Assembly: GCF_000315625.1 (NCBI RefSeq)
Contig: NW_005434638.1
Coordinates: 526,121-590,120 of the forward strand
DNA: 64,000 nucleotides
Direction of reading: 5' to 3'
From: Guillardia theta CCMP2712
Taxonomy: Eukaryota; Protista; Cryptophyta
Numbering within the stretch: position 1 is the first letter of the stretch; every line of letters starts with the position of its first letter. Shown here one piece after another: positions 38,364 through 49,184 of the stretch. The position numbers and the translations under genes are program-made. The notes beneath the pieces are model-generated. The model was not told the origin of the DNA and searched no databases. It worked only from the letters and a program-made list of their open reading frames with translations.

Positions 38364-38765
38364 ATGTGCAAGATCCAGAACAAAATAGCCAAGGCCGGCG
38401 AAAAGCACGAGATCAGCGTTCGTATCCAGAATCCAGTAAGGATTGACGTTAAGCAGACCATTACCATCAAGACCACATTCAGGTGTGCACGCACCATCCG
38501 TGCACAGAGCAACGTCTACAACTCCGAACTGCCTCCAGAAACACCCGTCGACCCCAAACCTCAACGGATCCGCATGTATTACACTCGCATTGAAGGCACG
38601 GACCACGATGGCAACCCTCTGATCACCGAGGGAAAATGGAGGCTTGAGTCGCTAGAGCGATTCTCCAAGAAAGAAAATTCCCTTGAGAGCGATTCCGGAG
38701 TGGATCTCGATGAGCTTTTTGAGACCGATCTTGATGATTCATCATCTTCGTGCGCAAAACCATGA
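38364..38765 (+). CDS. hypothetical intronless protein with acidic tail
   Basis: ATG at 38364, head-to-head with the Gag-like ORF. Confidence 0.5.
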   Translation: MCKIQNKIAKAGEKHEISVRIQNPVRIDVKQTITIKTTFRCARTIRAQSNVYNSELPPETPVDPKPQRIRMYYTRIEGTDHDGNPLITEGKWRLESLERFSKKENSLESDSGVDLDELFETDLDDSSSSCAKP

Positions 38766-38837
38766 GTTTTCGATGCAGCTTAAGAGAGCGGCTGGTGAGC
38801 AGTAGGAATAGACCACGCATGATGATTGACAACCCCA

Positions 38838-40166
38838 TCAGCCCAGCCCCACGATCACGGGCATGAGCTCCACCACCCCATTGTCCCTGTTCCACTGCAT
38901 ATTCTCCAGGTTCTTAATGAAGGGCTCGTCAAAGGAGAAGTACTCCTTGTGGAGCTCTAGGCTCTCTGTGTCCTGGTTCTCCAGCTCGAACATGCTCCCG
39001 GGGATGGTGACGACGTTGTGCTGGTGGATGTCCATGGAGATCGTGGAAACCTTCACGTTGTCCCTCCTTGATTCATAAAAGCCCCTGACGGTCCTCCTCA
39101 CCCTGGCGATGGGGTAGGAGCCCGTGGGGAAGGCGCCGCAGATGAACTGGGTGCCGAAGCCGGTGCCGTAGGACTGGTAGCCGTTGTAGTTGATCCTCGA
39201 GCCCTTGAAGAGCCATATGCCCTCGCAGGGGTGCATGGGGCAGAGGATGCCGTTGTCCACGCTCTCGGTGTTGCAAGAATGGTTGTAGACCGAGATGATG
39301 TCCATGGACGTCTTCTGGATGTCATGGAAGAGGGTCTCTGTGGTGGGGGAGGCGATGTAACACCCCGAGCTCGAGTGCTCGTGCATGTCGAGCTCCACGG
39401 GGATCTCCAGCCCGAACTCGTCTGCCACCATCTTGATGATCTTGGCCCGGGCGCGCTGGGACGCCTTCCTCAGCCAGTGGACCTCTTCGCTCTCGCAGAG
39501 CTCCGCCGTGGTGACCTTGTCGCCCATGTCGAGGATCATGTTGTAGAAATCATGGGCTGCGTAGTTCAGCCCCCCCGAGCAGACGATGTAGAGCTTGTGC
39601 TCTCGGATGTCATTGATGAAGCCTCGGGTGAAGCCGTGGTAGATGCCGATGAACTCGGGCGGCTCGTACTACCAGAACTTGGAGTCCGTGTACCTCCTGT
39701 AGTCGTTCAGGTAGGCATCCCCCTCCTCATGCACGGTGTAGGCGTTGACCGGCATGCACTGGAAGGATGCCTTGTTGTGGAGGGATTCCTGCTGGATGGT
39801 GGTGAGGACCTTCTGGATCTTCTCCTTGCAGAGCTCGATGTTGGAGAGCAGCTCGATGGCCTTCGGATTGACACCCTTGGAGCCATCGGACTCGGGGGAT
39901 ATGCACTCCGTCATGGTCAACCCGAAGAACATCTTCCTGGAGATTGGTAGGACATCGGCGGTCACCTGGGAGCCGGCGTTGAAGCGGAAGCCCTGGAACT
40001 CTCCGAGCTCGTTGATGTGGTGGGTGGGCATCACCATGATGGAGGTATGCTTGCTGGGGGTGAGGAGGGCGCGGCAGGTGTCCACCTCGTCCTTGCTCAG
40101 GGGGTAGAGCTCGTAGGATCGGTTGATACGCTCGTGCAGCTCGATGTTCTCTGAGTCCCGCGGCAT
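38838..40166 (-). pseudogene. divergent RtcB-fold protein (442 codons) with a single in-frame TAG at 39669-39671
   Basis: ORFs 39669-40166 and 38838-39539 are in the same frame, bridged by YEPPEFIGIYHGFTRGFINDIREHKLYIVCSGGLNYAAHDFYN; motif order is colinear with RtcB. Confidence 0.6.
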
Positions 40167-40284
40167 GCGTTTGAACGGCAGGGGGAGTTCATGGGTTCTT
40201 ATACCCTATGGGTCCCGCCACTATAAATTCGGCCGGCGAATCGCGGGTTTGGAAAAACTGCCACCTAGCCACACCCGCCCACGC

Positions 40285-40425
40285 TTACGGAACCCTTTCA
40301 TTTACGGACTGCCTATCTTTCCGTACACCCTCACACAGACGGTTTTAAGGAACCCCTTGCACTTACGGACAGCCTATCTTTCCGGACACCCCTACGGACC
40401 CTTTTGGAGACAAAGCTTACGGAAA
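40285..40425. repeat. two imperfect ~46-bp direct repeats (60-bp period) plus dispersed TACGG boxes in a divergent intergenic region
   Basis: 40285-40330 vs 40345-40391. Confidence 0.8.
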
Positions 40426-40435
40426 ACATACAGTG

Positions 40436-41005
40436 ATGCAGTTCCACGTCAACATCATGGGCAACATCCAGCGCCGAAACCTCGCCGAACCCCTCGACCT
40501 TCCCAACAATGCCACCCTGGAGGGCATGGAGAGGATGAGGAGGGAGATGAACCTCCGCGCCAGGGTCTTCAGGACCATGATCGACAGGAAGGCCCTCAAC
40601 GAGCCGCAGGCCTCGATTGTAGTCCAGGGCATGCTGTGTGTGGTGGCGAACTGCTCGAGGTTCCGCGTCTACCTCGCCGAGCAGACGAGGATGGCGGTCC
40701 CCTTCAAGATCATCACGACCCTCTTCAAGCGGTTCACCGTGTCCAATGAGAGCGCGAGGTGGTTCAAGACCACATGCACCAGGCTGCTGTATTCCCTTGG
40801 CAGGGATATCGACACTTGCATTGACAATGGGGATAAGCATTACCTGAGGAACTACGCCATTTCCTTCTACCGCTTTGCCGTCGCCTTTGACAAGGCAATG
40901 TTTGTCCTCAGGGATCCATGCGAGCAGTTCTTTTTCATCTACATCTTCCGCGTCATGCAGAGGGCGCACAGGAACATCACTGAGAAAGACGAGATGGGGA
41001 ACGAT
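40436..41005 (+). pseudogene. hypothetical intronless gene, 3'-truncated by junction with the opposite-strand Cys-rich fragment
   Basis: GC3-rich coding style up to ..NITEKDEMGND, after which the ORF reads as antisense of the Cys-rich gene. Confidence 0.5.
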
Positions 41006-41007
41006 TT

Positions 41008-43053
41008 CCACACATTGATTGTTCTCGTAGTAGGAGCCGTTGTTGCAGGAGTAACACATGAGCGCCGGAGTCTGGTAGTCGCCTGGAACCCTGAGCACCT
41101 CGTAGATTGTGCCATCCAAGGCGGGGATCTGGTTATAACCCACTCCTCTCAGCACCGAGATGGATTGGTAGAAAATCACCGGAGACCATATGGCAATCCT
41201 TCCTCCCCCTCCCCCTCCTCCCGAGAAAGTTACTGGTGTAAGAGGCAATCAGCACACCGCCTCCTCCATGTCCCCCAAGGTTGGTCTCCGTGCTGTAGAC
41301 GTTGCAGTCACCTCCCTGACCTCCCGGAGAACCTTGGAAGGCGTACCAGGGCCAGAGCTCCTTGGCACCGTACACAGGGCCGCCAGGAGCCGAGCCAAAG
41401 CCCCCTTGCCCTCCGAAGCCACCTCCCGACCCCCCGTAGTAGCAGAATCCTGCATAGTAGCCCGCTCCCCTGGTCTCGGAGGCTGATGCAAGATGTCTGA
41501 TGTCACCCGTGATGTTGACGAGCCCCACCGAGTAGATGGCAAAGGGATTGGATCCTCTCAGAGTGTTGGTGTCAAGCGAGAGCAGCGATTGTATGTAAAA
41601 CTCACAGGTTCCAGAGTTCCACTCCCCTGGAATGAGCTCGTGCTGGTCGATGACAAGGTAACAGTCGGAAGTGTCAATGATGAGCTCCTGCAGCGCCACC
41701 ACTCTGAAGCTCTCACCCGGGCCCACCTTTAGATCGGAGCACTGGCAGACTACCTGGCCTACCGCGGAGGTGAAGGTGTTGGTGGGACAAGGGGTGCAGG
41801 CCCCGTCTCCCTCCAATGATTTGTAGAAGGAGAGAGGGCATGGCTTGCAGACCCCGGAGTCTCGGTAGTTGCCCGGGGAGCAGACGCAAGAGGACGGGTC
41901 CGTGGCTCCTGCGAAAGAAGTTGTAGAGTTTATCCCGCAGGCCTTACACTCTAGCCCGTCCTTGTAGTATCCCTTGTCGCAAAGACAGTCGTCGATGCTG
42001 TAGGGCTTGATGTCGAAGTGGCTGTTCGCCGGGCAAGGGTATGCGCAGGGGACACACTGCCCTCCCTCCTCGCACTGCTGGCAGGAGCAGTCGTTGACGC
42101 TGGTGGACTTGGCGGGTGAAGCCTTGTTTGACGGGCACATCTGGCACTCGCCGTTGGGATCCATGTACCAGTTCGCTACACAGTAGCATGTTCTTGAATT
42201 GATATCAGAAGTCATGTGCCTACCACAGGGCCTACAGTCTAGGAACCCATTGAAATCGACGGTTCCTGCCATGCAGACACAGCCAAAGGTAGATCCTTGC
42301 AAAGGAACCAAATTGCCTGCGCAGGCTCTTGGGAAGGTGTCAAAGAACTCAGGGTATGGGTTGTAACAGACACCCTCGAATTCGAACTTATTGTCCTCAC
42401 ACCTGCACTTGATCGAGCCATAGTCGTTGGTGAATAGACCGGTGCCACATTGGGTGCAAGAGCCGAAGCCGTCATAGTCCTTGTAGTAACCCGGCTTGCA
42501 AGGGTTGCAGTCGGATGTTGTAAACCCCTCGTATCCCATTGGACAGCCACAGTCGTCGTAGCCCATGGTCTGTGGGTTGTAGGCCATGCCGTACCTTGAC
42601 GGGCATATGCATTGATCTGAGGATACGCTACCCCTGGATGATACCATGTTTGCTGGGCAAGGGGTGCAAGGCCGGTTTCCTCTCTCGGACTTGTAGTGGT
42701 TCTCGGGGCATATGAGGCATATGTTGCCATCCTTGCCGTAGAACCCTGGCTTACACTTGCAATCGAGGAAGTGGCCGCCTCGATCAGGGTTGTGGAGTTT
42801 TGAGAGCATGATATGCATTGTGTGGATCCAATGATATCCTTGTAAGTCCCAAAGCCGCAGGCACTACATGACAGGCCATCTCCAGTATATCCCTTGTTGC
42901 ACTTGCAGTTGGATGCCCCTATGCTAAGGGCGGAGGATTGGGCGTTGACGTCGCAGCTCTTGCACTTTAGATCGGTGTCTTGGTACTGCCCGGCGTTGCA
43001 GGGGAGGCAGAGGTCTGTGTAGGTCTCATAGCCCGCAAGACACTGGCAGTGTC
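41008..43053 (-). pseudogene. Cys-rich TNFR/ephrin-receptor-like (GCC2/GCC3) repeat protein with Gly-rich insert; truncated at both ends and frameshifted
   Basis: repeated C.C.PG.Y....C..CP.N...S..CxC units; GGHGGGGVLIAS..SGGGGGGGRIAI; frameshifts near 42770 and 41210. Confidence 0.8.
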
Positions 43054-43942
43054 ACTCAGTTCAAAGTGATCGTCCCCCATCTTCAACAGCACGTACATGA
43101 TCGCATTGTTGACAATCGACATCCTCTCCTTGTTCCTGCAAGCGTGACTGAAGACGCTCAATTCCTTGCTCGAGGGATGAAGTGGGTTGTCGAAAGGGAA
43201 CTGCACACGGTGGGTTCCTGGGTTCCTTTCCAAGAAAGCCTTCTTCTCCTTGCGAAACTTGATCTCCTCCTCGGAAAGATGGCTGTTCTTGCCCTTGGAC
43301 TGCTTCTTGGTGGATTTCACCTCTTCATCATCAGACTTTTCATCATCAGACTTTTCATCATCAGACTTTTCATCATCAGACTTTTCATCATCAGACTAGC
43401 CTCTTCACCATCAGCCTCTTCACCATCAGCCTCTTCACCATCAGCCTCTCACCATCAGGCTTTTCACACCAGGCCGCAAATATCTGCACCCATCTTTGAC
43501 GGGTGACCAGAGTCTGCTCCTCCTTCTTAGCCTCAAGGAAGCTGACCTTGGGCATCCCAGGCTTGCAGAAGACCTCGATGTCGGTTCCAGGGAAGTCGGC
43601 ATAGATCTCGGCCACCATCTTGTCGACATTGGCAGCCTTGAACTTGTTGCAGTTCAGGATGTCCTTGAGCTTGCCAAGGTAAGACTGACCGGTAGGGGTC
43701 AGCTTCAGGGCGTCCAGGAAAGGGTCCAAGACGGGAGTCGCCTTGATAGCGACAACGCGGGTAGCACCGGTGGGAACACTGCTGTCAAAATTTTGCACAC
43801 TGACATCATTGTTTTCACCAATGGTATTGATGCCATTCAGATCCTGGTCCGTATGCTTCGTTCCCAAAACATCAGAAGAGTTGTGCAAAACCGTCCTACC
43901 ATGTTCAGGAGTGTCAACCCTTTTTCTTGATCTCGTCTCCAT
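43054..43942 (-). pseudogene. hypothetical intronless gene with 15-bp acidic repeats (DGEEA/SDDEK), frameshifted and 3'-truncated
   Basis: METRSRKRV.. ORF continues across the repeats at 43322-43460 into VKSTKKQSKGKN.. Confidence 0.55.
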
Positions 43943-43970
43943 GATTCCAAAAAAAGTTCCAAGGAGTACG

Positions 43971-44827
43971 ATGGAGGCTGCCTTGCAGGAAGCTGCCTTG
44001 CAGGAGGCTGCCTTGCAGGAGGCTGCCTTGCAGGAGGCTGCCTTGCAGGAGGCTGAGACAGTGACGTTTCTGGACACCAGGCTGTTTCCCAGCTTCTTAA
44101 GGGCTTATGACATCTGTGTGATCTGTGGTATGCTGCTAGAGCCCAGTGACGATAGCAGGAGCCACCGCGTGCAGACCTTCTTTCACAACCTCGAGCTTAG
44201 CTGACTGAAGACCACCTTCACCTGGGAGTGCATAAGTTCGCTGTGCAAGACCTGCCACGAGGACGAGCGGCTCAGCTCCTGCTGCAGGTGCACCAACTGG
44301 TTGAGGAGGTGCAACCGCTTCCAGACCACGGAGGAGAAGCATGTGGGTAAGAAGTCTTACCTGCCTTTGGACGAGCTCATCGCCTTCTCCTTGGCACCCG
44401 GAGAGATTTCCATCCCCGACAGCAGGAATCTGAAGAGGCTGTTCAATGTACTCATGGAAAGCAGGAAGGTAAGACTGGGATCCAACTTGCTTGTGTTCAG
44501 CAACTATACCTGAGGATGAAGATGATGATCACGAGATGGTTGAGGTCGAGGGACTTTATCATTGAGGACGGTTTCGACTTGCCCAACGGCTTGAGCATCA
44601 GGTATCACACTGTCTACAACGAGGGGAGCGGTGTCATGCTATTGGAGATTCAAGCCAGGGACCTGGTCTTCGAGCAGCGACAAGAGCTTGGCAGGCCCTG
44701 CAAGAGGAAGAGTGGCCAGCAGGATGAGTTGGAAGGAGGAGGAACTCCGTCGAATGTAGAGAGTTGGGGTGCAGGAAAGGATGCTACAATGTTGAACACT
44801 TGTTCTATGATGGAGGTTGACGAGTAG
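43971..44827 (+). pseudogene. Cys-rich (zinc-binding-like) hypothetical gene with (EAALQ)5 N-terminus, interrupted by stop and frameshifts
   Basis: CVICG..CKTC..CCRCTNWLRR..LPLDELIAF..PG..PDSRNLKRL; TGA at 44202-44204. Confidence 0.5.
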
Positions 44828-45118
44828 CAGCAGAAGAGGGACAAGGATAGCTGAGGAGATGTCGCCAAACTGAAGTCCTCCTCTTTCATGGTGGGACGCG
44901 ATCGCTTTTCGTGCGGTGAAACATGCTGTAGCCCCATGATCTCAGGACTGCCTGTTCCCCACGGGTGAGCTGAGGGTAGCTCCTACATAGCTACCTCTCC
45001 TCGAGGAAGATGTAAAGTTGTCGAGTAAAGGCGCGATCATGTTCCAGTGGTTCTCATAATTCCATGACATACAAAACCGCCTCTTGCATGGCAGAGGACA
45101 GGACCTGTTGGGAAACAT

Positions 45119-46058
45119 CTACTTGAGGGTCCCGACGAGCTCATATTTGCCAGAGAAGAAGCTCTCCCAGTCGTTCAAGCTGCTTCCTCTTCAGCACCAC
45201 CGCCAGTGAACTCAACCGCCCTCACCTTGAGATCTCGCTCGGGGTGAAGTCATCAATGGAAGGATCCTTTTCATCTGCAGCATTCCCATGAGCTTTCCGA
45301 TGTGGAGATTCCTCCTTGCTTCTGCCCCCTCGTGCCTGCACTCCTTCTCCTCCTCCTCCTCCCTCCTCCTTCATCCTCCCCCTACCTCTTTCTCCTTCCT
45401 TCTTCCCTGCCCTGTCTGCGTGCTGCCGTCCCCTCGTGCCTCACGATTGTTCCCTCTTCCTTTCTCTCCTTGTACCTTCCCCCTGCCGTTCCTCCCTGCT
45501 CACCTGGCTTCACTTGTGCCTTCCCGAGCATGCGCGATGCATCTCTACCAGCAAACGCAGCGTACGGTCCCCCAGGGCCTGTGAGATCTTTTCACGACAA
45601 GCGAGAAGGGAGCATGCGACCGACCGTAGAATCCTCCTCCCTTAGTCACGTCGTACACATTTCCCTGCAGCTGCGCTCACCGTCTGCAAGATCCATCTAG
45701 AACATGACCTTGATGCCGATGAGGATGGGCTTCAATGGGTTCTGAACCAGGGAACCGCGGAGGAGAACGTTGGCGAGTCAGAATATGTGCGAAAACGATG
45801 AGAGCATGCTGTTCTCACCGAGCCATTGTACTTGAAGAGCTCGTCCTTGGTGTACGCCTTGCCCTTCACCAAGGGCTCCAGCTGCTTCTTCTTCCTCTTG
45901 TCTCTATCGTCCTCTACCTCTTTGGGTGCTAGCCACCTACGCACGAGCAAACCAACGGGATGAGATACGAAGGAGCGACTGATAAGGCAGGGTCACCTCG
46001 CAAGCAAGTAGATAGTGCATAGAGATATTGTCACAGTGATCTGCCAGGAAGGTTTCAT
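45119..46058 (-). CDS. MAPR/PGRMC-type cytochrome b5-like heme/steroid-binding membrane protein, multi-exon
   Basis: N-terminal hydrophobic helix; YTKDELFKYNGS..PILIGIK, GNVYDVTKGGGFYG, GPYAAFAGRDASRMLGK, LNDWESFFSGKYELVGTLK*. Confidence 0.9.
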
Positions 46059-47002
46059 CGTGCTTGTCAAGATAAGTTCAATTGTTGAGCCTCACCTCAG
46101 AGCCCTTGATGCTTTCCCTGAAGTGATGAAAGAGGCTGATGAAAGGCCCGAATACCATCTCCCTGCTCGTACAAGACTCAGCACATAGATCATGGCTCAT
46201 GGAAAACTCTCTGGTGTCTCGATTGCTCTCCTTAGAAACGATCTAGTGCGCTTTGTTTGTTAGTTTGTACCCCTCGATGGACGTGTTTTCAATGCTTGCC
46301 CTGTCCTACGTCAACAAACCTCAAAGATGACAGCAATGAGTGTACAAACATCATCTCATGCATACATACAAAAGAAAGGACTCTCCTCCAACCTCCTCAA
46401 CTCTGCCTCGTTCACCCTGGCCATTCCCATCTTGCGTCCTCCTCTCGCCTTCCGACATACACTCTGAAGCTCTGAAGCAGGTATGCTTTGGACCACCCTG
46501 TGATGGACTTTGGGTATCCACCCCTCCAGTTCCAAGTCCAAATTAAAATAGGGAAAATGGGTACCCCTACCCCAATACAATATCCACCCCACCCATTCTA
46601 CCCCCCCCACTCCTGATTGTCCTCGTAAATTCTACCCGACTCTGGAATAGGTCTTGTGTCCCTTATGAAGTTATCTACCACGTAAACTTTGTCACGATGA
46701 ACGGTCCGTGAAGATGTTTGCCTTGAGAAGTACAATGAGGGATTGAACGTAAGGTGGGCTTTCGGAGTTGTTGAATAGATAAGATTCCTCTTGTGAGTTA
46801 TGCGGTGCCAGGAGCTTTGTTGATGAGGAAGGGATATCTGAATGGGGAAACGACATCAGTCAGATGGGATGTTGAAGTAGAAGAGCAAGGTCAAGCTTGG
46901 ATGAGACGCGAAAAGATGAGGCGAACCGTGGGAAACCGTGCTACTCAAATCGTTGTATCTTGCTCTGGTTCCCCGCAACAAAATGTTAACTTGCTTGTAT
47001 AT

Positions 47003-48553
47003 TCACACCAGCATCTCACGGAGAATTGGGCTGCTTACTCTCTTGACAATCATGTTGAGGTGTGAAGGATACATCGTTATCTTCCACTCCGGCGTGACTT
47101 CGGGGGATTGAGGGTCGAGATCCAGATCGAAGTTCTGCACAATCGTGGCCAAGGTTGCCATCATCTCCTTCTCCGCAAAGCCCCTGCCGATGCATTGCCT
47201 GGAGCCAGAGAGGAATGGAATCCAGTGAAAGGGATGTGCTTCAGGTTTGGCAGAGCTAGCTCCAAGCCATCGCTCGGGCCAGAAGTCATCCGGTCTCTCC
47301 CAGAGATCAGGATGCCTTCCGAGGACGAAGGGAGAGAGCACGATCGTAGTGCCTTCTGGGATCTTGTAACCGGACAACACTTCCTCTCGTGTTGTTATTC
47401 TGACTGTGAGAGGAGCTGTCGGGTACATCCTGAGAGTTTCTTTCATGGTGGCGAACAGGAGTGGAAACTCCTTGTCCTGAAGCTGCCTCATCGTCGGCGA
47501 CTTTCCTTTGAGCTTCCGGAACAGTTCACCTCGGAGTTTCTCGCGGAATCCTGGATTCTTGGCCAGGAGGAAGAGAGCCCAGCTCAAAGCATTGCTAGTC
47601 GTTTCATGTCCTGCAAGCATGAAGGTCTGCACATTGTTTGCAAGCTCTGCATCGGTCAAGCCCTGACCCGATTTTGCTCGAGCCTTGATCATAAGGCTCA
47701 GTAGGTCGTCGTCGACAGCAACGCCAGCCTTGATCTGGGAGTGACGCTCCTGAACCACTCTCCTCACAGTACCGCGAAGAGTCTCAGTGGCTTTGTTTGC
47801 CTGAATGATGATGGGGAGTGGGAGATACTCGAGAATTGGAAACATCCGCAGAATGATTGTTCGAAGGCTCAGGCCCCCCATTGGCATGATATCCTGGAAG
47901 GCATCTCGGACCACAGATTTCCCTCCCTCAACCGACTGAAAGTCAAACCCGAAAGCCGAAAGTCCAATCACGTCCAAGGTAAGATGAGAGACCTCCTTCT
48001 TGATGTCCAGCACGAGGGGTTGCCCCTGGGGTTGAGATGCACAGAGGTTTTCCCACTTTTTCACAAGTTTCTCAGTGACAGAAACAAAGACGGGGTAGAT
48101 CTTGGTGATGGCTTCGAAGTGAAAGGCTTCGCTGATGATTCTCCTCTGTCGAGCATGGTCATCGCCTTCAATCACCAGCAATCCTTCTCCTGCGACCCTA
48201 CGGACCAGGGTGATCTCTCGAGTCGGTTTTGGGAATTGCCTGGGGTTGGTGACAAGGACATACTTCATATCCTCAGGATCGGTGATTAGCACCCTGAAAT
48301 TCATTCCAAAGCTTCTGTAGCAGACAATCTTGCCGTATTGTCGAGTCCAATTTAGCTCGCAGGAGCATGGGGAGCTGCCTCTCAAGGTACTGTACATTCC
48401 AAGGAAGAAGGAGGAGGCCTTGGGTCCCGGGATGGGATTGAGGATGATCGCTCTTCTTATGCACTTGTAGGCAAAGACTGAGAAGCGGAGGAGGCGGTAG
48501 CTGCCATACGCTATGGCAAGCGCGCGCACCCCTCCCCACACAGAAACCTGCAT
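47003..48553 (-). CDS. cytochrome P450 (microsomal type)
   Basis: proline-rich hinge (PIPGP), AGHETT I-helix, ETLR, PERW, FLSGSRQCIG heme motif. Confidence 0.97.
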   Translation of the reverse strand: MQVSVWGGVRALAIAYGSYRLLRFSVFAYKCIRRAIILNPIPGPKASSFFLGMYSTLRGSSPCSCELNWTRQYGKIVCYRSFGMNFRVLITDPEDMKYVLVTNPRQFPKPTREITLVRRVAGEGLLVIEGDDHARQRRIISEAFHFEAITKIYPVFVSVTEKLVKKWENLCASQPQGQPLVLDIKKEVSHLTLDVIGLSAFGFDFQSVEGGKSVVRDAFQDIMPMGGLSLRTIILRMFPILEYLPLPIIIQANKATETLRGTVRRVVQERHSQIKAGVAVDDDLLSLMIKARAKSGQGLTDAELANNVQTFMLAGHETTSNALSWALFLLAKNPGFREKLRGELFRKLKGKSPTMRQLQDKEFPLLFATMKETLRMYPTAPLTVRITTREEVLSGYKIPEGTTIVLSPFVLGRHPDLWERPDDFWPERWLGASSAKPEAHPFHWIPFLSGSRQCIGRGFAEKEMMATLATIVQNFDLDLDPQSPEVTPEWKITMYPSHLNMIVKRVSSPILREMLV

Positions 48554-49184
48554 TTGCGAGCACCAAGAACAGAGACCCTACCCCTACGTTGAAGAGACCA
48601 GAATGCTTGTATTGATTGATCACCCATCCTTTTCCCTACAATGACCCCACCTTATTCCAATCAAAACATCAACGTGTACCCCTACAAATCCTAGTGACAA
48701 CCCACGGCCCTGCCCAAGGCGGAAGGATGAACCTTCACTTTTAAAAAAGCTATTTTAACTGCCCACAGTCGCAATAGTGAGTAAATGTTTAGTCAACAGC
48801 TGAGCGCTGGGCCGGTACTACGGTACTATAGTACTATGATCGGCGCCGACAGAGTCGATGAGGGCCGAGAAGCCTTGAAGCCTTCACTGAAGCCGGCGGC
48901 CCGCCCGCGCCGCTGCCCGGCCCAGTCCGATCGGAACCGTCGTAACTTAGTACGGTAACGAGTACGGCACGGTCCGATCCGGCCCGGCCGTCACTGGCCC
49001 AGGCCCTCAGGCTGCCGCCAGTCACTCAGGGCCCCGCGGCTCACCGGGCCTTGAAGCCGCGATGATGATCTACAAGTTATCAACGAATACGTAGTTTGCC
49101 CTCAGAAGCCTGAGTTCAACTTTAGATCTTTCTTCGATCTTCAATAAACTTGAACTTTTACACAACTGAAAGAACCTCCCCATA

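Larger units (their letters stand above)
37010..44830. mobile_element. putative degraded endogenous large-DNA-virus-like segment
   Basis: tightly packed intronless ORFs in both orientations with tiny spacers; nonsense and frameshift lesions; fused truncated genes; no host-type microsatellite introns; no hallmark capsid or polymerase gene recognised. Confidence 0.55.

Noticed and set aside
39669-39671. In-frame TAG as programmed readthrough or alternative genetic code
   Set aside because: Neighbouring genes carry frameshifts and other stops, and host genes terminate at TAG; simple decay is more parsimonious.
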